A stretch of 64,000 bases of DNA, from positions 16,671 to 80,670 of the forward strand of contig CAYROM010000001.1 of assembly GCA_964425905.1 (NCBI GenBank), in the 5' to 3' direction. The DNA is from an uncultured Lachnobacterium sp. Lineage in GTDB: Bacteria; Bacillota; Clostridia; Lachnospirales; Lachnospiraceae. The notes under the pieces are model-generated. The model saw only the letters and a program-made list of their open reading frames with translations, was not told the origin of the DNA and did not search any database. Made by a program: the position numbers and the translations under genes. Positions within the stretch are counted from its first letter, which is position 1, and every line of letters starts with the position of its first letter. Positions 62,112-64,000 of this stretch are shown one piece after another.

Positions 62112-63572
62112 ATGTTAAAAAAATTAATGGAAAAAGGTGTGGATTATATTAAGGAATCTCGGAAAATTAACTTATTATTGACTCGTTTTTTTCCATTTGT
62201 GTTTGCCTTTTTACTATGCTTTATATTTTTATTAAGAATTGATAATATGATAGATTTATCAATGGATGCTAGCGATATATGGATGACTGTAAAATCCTAT
62301 TATAAAGAGGATACATATGCTTCATATGTATTGTACAAAGGTATTTTTTCGGTCTATCCATATGTATGGCTGTATCAATTCACACTTTTATTAGGGGTGG
62401 GAGAGTTTTTCTTTATCAAAGTATTCCATTCGCTTCTCTTTGCTTATATTGTGGGAGTTGGTTTTCCGTACATTTTTGAATTTATTTTGGGAAGGAAAAT
62501 TCCTACATGGAAAAAGATAATATATATAGTAATTATATTTTGGCTGCAAATAAATAATTTGGCATATATTCAAATTGTAATAGATCTGCCATATTTGTTT
62601 TGGTTTACGTTGATGATACACTCATATTTAAAGTTGAAATCCCAATCATCAAAACACAAAATTTTGATATATATGCTGCTGGGAGCGGCCATAGGATGTT
62701 GCACTTGTTTTACGGGGCAATACAAATTCTCCGCAATCTTAATTTTGATATTAGTTGGATATGATTTGATAAAACAATTAAGGAAATCTGACCTTTACCG
62801 CTGGATAGGCAGTATTTTTATTATCGTCGTTATGGTAGGCGGTGTGGTGATGGCAGAACATGCTTTCCAGACCAGAGTGGTAGATGGATTTAGGCAGGAG
62901 GGGGCGTGGATACCAACGGCAGATGACTGGGTACAAAATTTCTTAAGACAGGAAAAGCCAAAATCGGCCGCGGTATACCTAAAGGGCGGTCAAATAATAG
63001 ACTATCAAATTACCGCAATCCATGCAAATGAGGAACCGGAGTATGAGGGTTTATTGGGTACGATGGAAATTTTTGCAGAATATATAAGAGTTGGATTAAA
63101 GCACCCGGCAGAATTGGTCATCAGTTATGCGAATAAGTTTTTTTTGGCTTTTTTGTGTGGCAATACATGTAATTTCTTTTATATTTTTGCGCACTATTCG
63201 TTGCTATTTATTGGGATATGGACAATCAAGTGCAGAAAATGTTTAAATAAACAAAATTTAGGAATTTTTATATCTATTTTAGTCTCTATTTTGGTTCCAT
63301 GTGTTACACATATGGAGTCGAGGTATGCGATGGCATTACAAAACTTTGTTTATGGATTTGCAATATTGGATAGCAGATTGATTTCGGAGATTAAAATCGG
63401 AATATTGCGTTTAAAGAGAAAAAACCAGAAAGATAAGCTGCTGGTGAATCAATGGACCGGATGGACAACATTTTTGTATCTGTGTTTTATAATTATGTGT
63501 ATGATGTTGGTATCATCATTTATGGTAAGTTGCGGTTTGGAGAATGGAACATGGTACTTGTTTGAATATTAA
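62112..63572 (+). CDS. Hypothetical polytopic membrane protein (candidate flippase, polymerase or GT-C; family unclear)
   Basis: ~12 TM segments. Start ATG 62112 after GGAGAAAAAATT. AT-rich. Confidence 0.4.
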   Translation: MLKKLMEKGVDYIKESRKINLLLTRFFPFVFAFLLCFIFLLRIDNMIDLSMDASDIWMTVKSYYKEDTYASYVLYKGIFSVYPYVWLYQFTLLLGVGEFFFIKVFHSLLFAYIVGVGFPYIFEFILGRKIPTWKKIIYIVIIFWLQINNLAYIQIVIDLPYLFWFTLMIHSYLKLKSQSSKHKILIYMLLGAAIGCCTCFTGQYKFSAILILILVGYDLIKQLRKSDLYRWIGSIFIIVVMVGGVVMAEHAFQTRVVDGFRQEGAWIPTADDWVQNFLRQEKPKSAAVYLKGGQIIDYQITAIHANEEPEYEGLLGTMEIFAEYIRVGLKHPAELVISYANKFFLAFLCGNTCNFFYIFAHYSLLFIGIWTIKCRKCLNKQNLGIFISILVSILVPCVTHMESRYAMALQNFVYGFAILDSRLISEIKIGILRLKRKNQKDKLLVNQWTGWTTFLYLCFIIMCMMLVSSFMVSCGLENGTWYLFEY

Positions 63573-63596
63573 ATTGCATAAAGGAGTTTCTATGAT

Positions 63597-64000
63597 ATGA
63601 AAATTGTAATTTTAGCGGGTGGACTTGGAACCAGAATTTCAGAAGAGTCGCAATTTAAACCTAAACCGATGATTGAAATTGGTGGGATGCCAATACTTTG
63701 GCATATTATGAAAGAGTATTCCTATTATGGTTTTTATGAATTTATTATTTGCGCGGGATATAAGCAGCATCTGATTAAAGAATGGTTTGCTGATTATTAT
63801 CTGCATACATCAGACGTTACATTTGATTTTGCGAACGGCAATCAGATGACAATTCACAATCAACATGTGGAACCATGGAGAGTCACGATCGTTGATACGG
63901 GATATAATACGATGACGGGTGGAAGAATCAAACGGGTTCGTCCATATATTGGGGATGAGGCTTTCATGATGACATATGGAGATGGAGTCTGCGATGTCAA
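63597..64000 (+). CDS. rfbF: Glucose-1-phosphate cytidylyltransferase (RfbF-like), partial. The 3-prime end is beyond the window.
   Basis: [56 protein letters not shown] aligns almost residue-for-residue with Salmonella RfbF. RBS AAAGGAG. Confidence 0.7.
   Translation, partial: MKIVILAGGLGTRISEESQFKPKPMIEIGGMPILWHIMKEYSYYGFYEFIICAGYKQHLIKEWFADYYLHTSDVTFDFANGNQMTIHNQHVEPWRVTIVDTGYNTMTGGRIKRVRPYIGDEAFMMTYGDGVCDV

Overview
This 64 kb window looks like a Firmicutes (Clostridia-like) chromosome segment. That reading rests on GGAGG-type ribosome-binding sites, a cdaA-cdaR-glmM operon, comFC next to a yvyF-like gene, and a release-factor-2 gene with a programmed frameshift. Almost everything is on the + strand.

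The first ~29 kb is housekeeping:
- a class A penicillin-binding protein on the minus strand (missing from the ORF track and cut off by the window start), then a YigZ-like protein, tRNA-Gln, an acyl-ACP thioesterase, an S1-domain protein and a RidA-family protein;
- an SH3b/NlpC-P60 wall hydrolase, a degenerate TagA-like protein, a YitT-like protein and a PucR-family regulator;
- ftsE, ftsX, an S41 C-terminal processing protease and prfB;
- an SPFH protein with three zinc ribbons next to a membrane/zinc-ribbon protein;
- an ACT-domain protein, hom, glpK, a rhodanese-TtcA fusion, comFC and a yvyF-like gene;
- cdaA, cdaR, glmM and an HPr-like protein.

From 28.9 kb to the window end (more than 35 kb) there is a mosaic polysaccharide-biosynthesis supercluster. 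It has two priming phosphoglycosyltransferases (WbaP-like and PglC-like), Ugd, a CapD-like dehydratase, many GT2/GT4 transferases, Wzy-like and Wzz-like proteins, and also an ABC-2 exporter pair (Wzm/Wzt). It also has an FdtC/FdtB/FdtA-like acetamido-deoxyhexose module followed by an RfbF-like gene, and two paralogous membrane-gene pairs that are split in the same way.

The most unusual part is a compact module at 45.4-48.7 kb. It holds a DUF115 (Maf/MptE-like) protein, a KdsB-like CMP-sugar synthetase, and a fusion of an HMGL-like pyruvate aldolase domain to a second DUF115 domain. This could be an undescribed, phosphate-free route to a Kdo-like ulosonic acid and its transfer.

I found no transposases, integrases or CRISPR arrays. 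All calls come from reading the sequence and remembered family motifs. No database searches were run.
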